A DNA stretch of 64,000 bases, taken from assembly GCA_963826785.1 (NCBI GenBank), contig CAWGYD010000011.1, forward strand, positions 31,177 through 95,176, written 5' to 3'. Below the pieces are notes generated by a model that searched no databases, was not told the origin of the DNA, and worked only from the letters and a program-made list of their open reading frames with translations. Of the stretch, positions 61,740 through 64,000 are shown in pieces. The first letter of the stretch is position 1. Every line of letters starts with the position of its first letter. The DNA is from an uncultured delta proteobacterium (GTDB lineage Bacteria; Desulfobacterota; Desulfobacteria; Desulfobacterales; Desulfosalsimonadaceae). The position numbers and the translations under genes were made by a program.

Positions 61740-61829
61740 ACTCAGAGCGCCAGAAAGCCGCAGAACACAGAAGAAATAAAACCGATTTAGGCATTTCTCT
61801 CCGTCTGTCTTCGCGTCTCTCCCGTGAGT
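61740..61829. repeat. Intergenic long imperfect hairpin repeat, copy 3
   Basis: ACTCA / TGAGT ends; shares TAG(A)GCATTTCTC with copy 2. Confidence 0.45.
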
Positions 61830-61861
61830 CGATTTCGCATTGGTGCCTTGGTAGCTTTTCT

Positions 61862-63311
61862 CTATCCCGCCGGCAGAAGTCGATCGGGTACAGGATGGTC
61901 GTTTTCGGCACGTCCTCCTTCGGGCCGAAGTTGAACCTCCGGACGCGGTCGACGATCTGGGCCACCAGCTCTTCCGAAGCCAGGTCGGTCGATTCCACCT
62001 TGCACAAGGACACCTCCCCCCCCGGCTCGATGATCAGCCGCAGCAGCATCTTCCCGCGCAGGGTCGGGTCCTTGCGCAGCTCCTTGTTGTAGATCCGGTA
62101 GAGGGTCGCCTTGTACCGGTCGAACACGATCTGGATTTCCTCGTCGGTCCGCCCCGGACCGGGTCCGTCGCTCAGCGGACGCCCCGCCTCTTCCGTCAGA
62201 CCGGCCACGGCGCTTTCCACCCGCTCGAATCCCACCTTGCCGATGCCGTTTCCGCCCCTTCCGCCTCCGCCGGCTCCGATGTTGCGGCTGACCGCGGCGT
62301 TGCCGATCCCCCCGCTGGAACCCTTGCCCTGAAGCGCCACCAGCGAGCGCTGGGCGCGGGCCTGTCCCGCCGCCTGCATATTCTTGTCGGTCAGGCGGGC
62401 CTCGGCTCCGAGTTTGGCCACGGGAGTCTCATCCATGAGATCCGCAAAGGAACTCTTGAACGCCAGGACACCGGTGTTTTCCGCCTTTTTCCGCGCGGCC
62501 TGCGTTCCGGCCCCGGCCGGTTTCGAGGCTTCCCTGGCCACTTTCACCTGCTTTTCCTTGGCCGGGCTTTTCTTCGTTTTTTGCGGTTCTTCAGGCTTCT
62601 CCTGCTCCGGGTCCGGCTTCTTCTCTTCCCTGGGGAGCTGCGGAACCGGCTCCGGTATGGGCTCCTTCTTGACCAGCATGGCCAGCCGCTCGGGAATTTC
62701 GACCATCACGGCCGAGCGGTCGGGGATCGGCAGATTCACGAGGGGAATGAGAGTGCCGATCACCGCGCTCCAGAACAGCGCAGCCATCATGAACCGCCGG
62801 AATCGCCTCTCGCTCTCGTCCTCGCCGGTCCAGGGCATGATCGCCTGCCGGAAAGGAACGACCGAGAGCTCCCGCTCAATGGCGAACTCCTCCAGCCGCC
62901 GCTCTTCACGGGCATACGCCTGGTGTACCTCTTCGTGCAGACTGTCCAGCTCGTCGTGAACCCGGCCGGCCTGCGCCTGGAGGGAGTCATGCCGTTCCCG
63001 GGCGCCGCGGATCTCTTCCTCAAAAAGGACGATCCGTTCCCGAAGGGATTCCCGGTGCCGGGCGACATCGGCGATCCGCGGAGCGCCGTCCCAGAAGAGC
63101 TCGGCCGCCCCCATTTCTTCCAGCGTATCGAGGGCGGTGCAGACATCCCGCAAGGCATCGAACCGCTGCCGGTCGACGGAAAACGTCTCGAGCTCTGCCT
63201 CTGCAACGCGCAGCTCACCTCGAGCGCCTCGAGTTTCCCCCGAGCCTCCCCGATCCGCGCGTTCAGCGGCTCCAGTTCCTCTGACAATATGGATGTATTC
63301 ACGGCGTCCAC
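61862..63311 (-). CDS. AgmX/PglI (GltG-like, TonB C-terminal-like) membrane protein with N-terminal coiled coil; frameshifts near both ends
   Basis: Coiled coil, one TM, Pro/Lys/Glu-rich linker, Gly-rich segment, RTDEEIQIVFD...YNKELRKDPTLRG...YPIDF; a 1-nt fix gives FLPAG-stop at 61862. Confidence 0.8.
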
Positions 63312-63312
63312 A

Positions 63313-63807
63313 CTAACCCTGCGTCGCCTTCTGGATGACGGCCAGGGAGATCCTGCCGTATCCGGAATGCGTACAGGTCGACATGACCTTCTTGAGGGCG
63401 CTGAAGGGGATCGTCCTGTCCGCCAGGAGGGTGATCTCCTTGCTTTCGACGGCCTCCTTGGTTTTTATTCCGATAATGTTGCGCTCCAGTTGATCGAGCC
63501 GCGCGGTAATCGCCCCGATCGTCTCCTTGTCGGATGCCAGCAGCTCGGCCGTGCCGATCACGGCCTCTCCCTGGACCAGCACCTGCTCGGGGCCGACCAT
63601 GACCACCACCGTCTCCCGCGGCTTGGCCTCGACCACCGAATCGGGGAGCTTGATCTGCTTGGGAGTGGTCAGCACCTCGCTGGCGGAGGAGTTGGCGAGC
63701 AGAAAGAACACCAGGATGGTGAACACATCCATCAGCGAGGTCAGATTCAGTCCCGTCACCTTTTTCCTGTTGCGCCCCATTCGTTTCATGCGTCTGGAAT
63801 TCCTCAT
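63313..63807 (-). CDS. ExbD/TolR family protein (AglS-like)
   Basis: LNLTSLMDVFTILVFFLL, ADRTIPF, KVMSTC. Confidence 0.9.
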   Translation of the reverse strand: MRNSRRMKRMGRNRKKVTGLNLTSLMDVFTILVFFLLANSSASEVLTTPKQIKLPDSVVEAKPRETVVVMVGPEQVLVQGEAVIGTAELLASDKETIGAITARLDQLERNIIGIKTKEAVESKEITLLADRTIPFSALKKVMSTCTHSGYGRISLAVIQKATQG

Positions 63808-64000
63808 GGCGCGTCTCCGATCGATATGTTGGGAAAGAGGACCGTTTTCACGATTTCTCCGCTCTGCGCCTCCCTGACTTCCGCCCCGCGCACCGCATCC
63901 ATGACCTGAATCAGATGATCATATTCGATCTGGGGTTCCATCAGGACCGTCGCGTCGTCCTTCTGCGGATAATCGACCTTGAGGCGGCGCAGCATTTCGG
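63804..64000 (-). CDS. ExbD/TolR family protein, C-terminal part (runs off the window)
   Basis: IEYDHLIQVMDAVR, LFPNISIG; TGA overlaps the next ATG. Confidence 0.75.
   Translation of the reverse strand, partial: EMLRRLKVDYPQKDDATVLMEPQIEYDHLIQVMDAVRGAEVREAQSGEIVKTVLFPNISIGDAP

Noticed and set aside
61657..61861. C-terminal 70-aa extension of the AgmX/PglI ORF overlapping crotonase
   Set aside because: It reads through an intergenic hairpin. A single missing base restores YPIDFLPAG-stop at 61862.
27634..63311. Programmed frameshifting, phase variation or real mass pseudogenisation as the cause of the split genes
   Set aside because: Indels also hit ordinary genes (crotonase, Kdo kinase), catalytic motifs stay intact, no consistent slippery or repeat tract is seen, and density peaks at the 55-kb junction. 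Sequencing error is more parsimonious, though reads are needed to confirm.

Overview
Bacterial DNA that looks deltaproteobacterial (Desulfobacterota-like; inferred from gene content such as the PxxKW protein, not from a search). 1-24.6 kb is clean housekeeping/accessory sequence: a basic winged-helix-like protein, Mth938, a coupled U32 + radical SAM pair, an AhpF-like thioredoxin reductase, a complete divergent Pho locus (pstSCA / phoBR-pstB-phoU) with visible pho boxes, a pho-box-preceded porin, two SYLF paralogs, an RluB-like synthase, argJ, truA, a ClC channel and an aminotransferase. 25-40 kb is an LPS-core/envelope region (two O-antigen ligases, a sulfotransferase, GT4/GT2/GT9, a TagF-like transferase, a Kdo kinase, kdsD, pfkA, an LpoA-like protein). 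40.3-55 kb is one minus-strand surface-glycan operon: four GT2s, an epimerase, a WecA-like initiator, wzm/wzt, three tandem PAPS sulfotransferases (one with a C-terminal coiled coil), an MBOAT, and a DltD/SGNH-like partner with a CBM-like tail. This is the best candidate for an undescribed system, a sulfated, acylated, ABC-exported glycan. Frameshift density rises steeply toward ~55.04 kb, where two 5'-truncated genes abut back to back. That looks like a contig join or chimera in error-prone long-read sequence. Beyond it lie a TonB receptor-substrate-binding protein-hybrid kinase cassette, a HypR-like regulator with acuI and crotonase, and an ExbD-ExbD-AgmX/PglI (Agl-Glt-like) operon end. No rRNA, tRNA, CRISPR array or transposase was seen. 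All family assignments come from motif recognition by eye.
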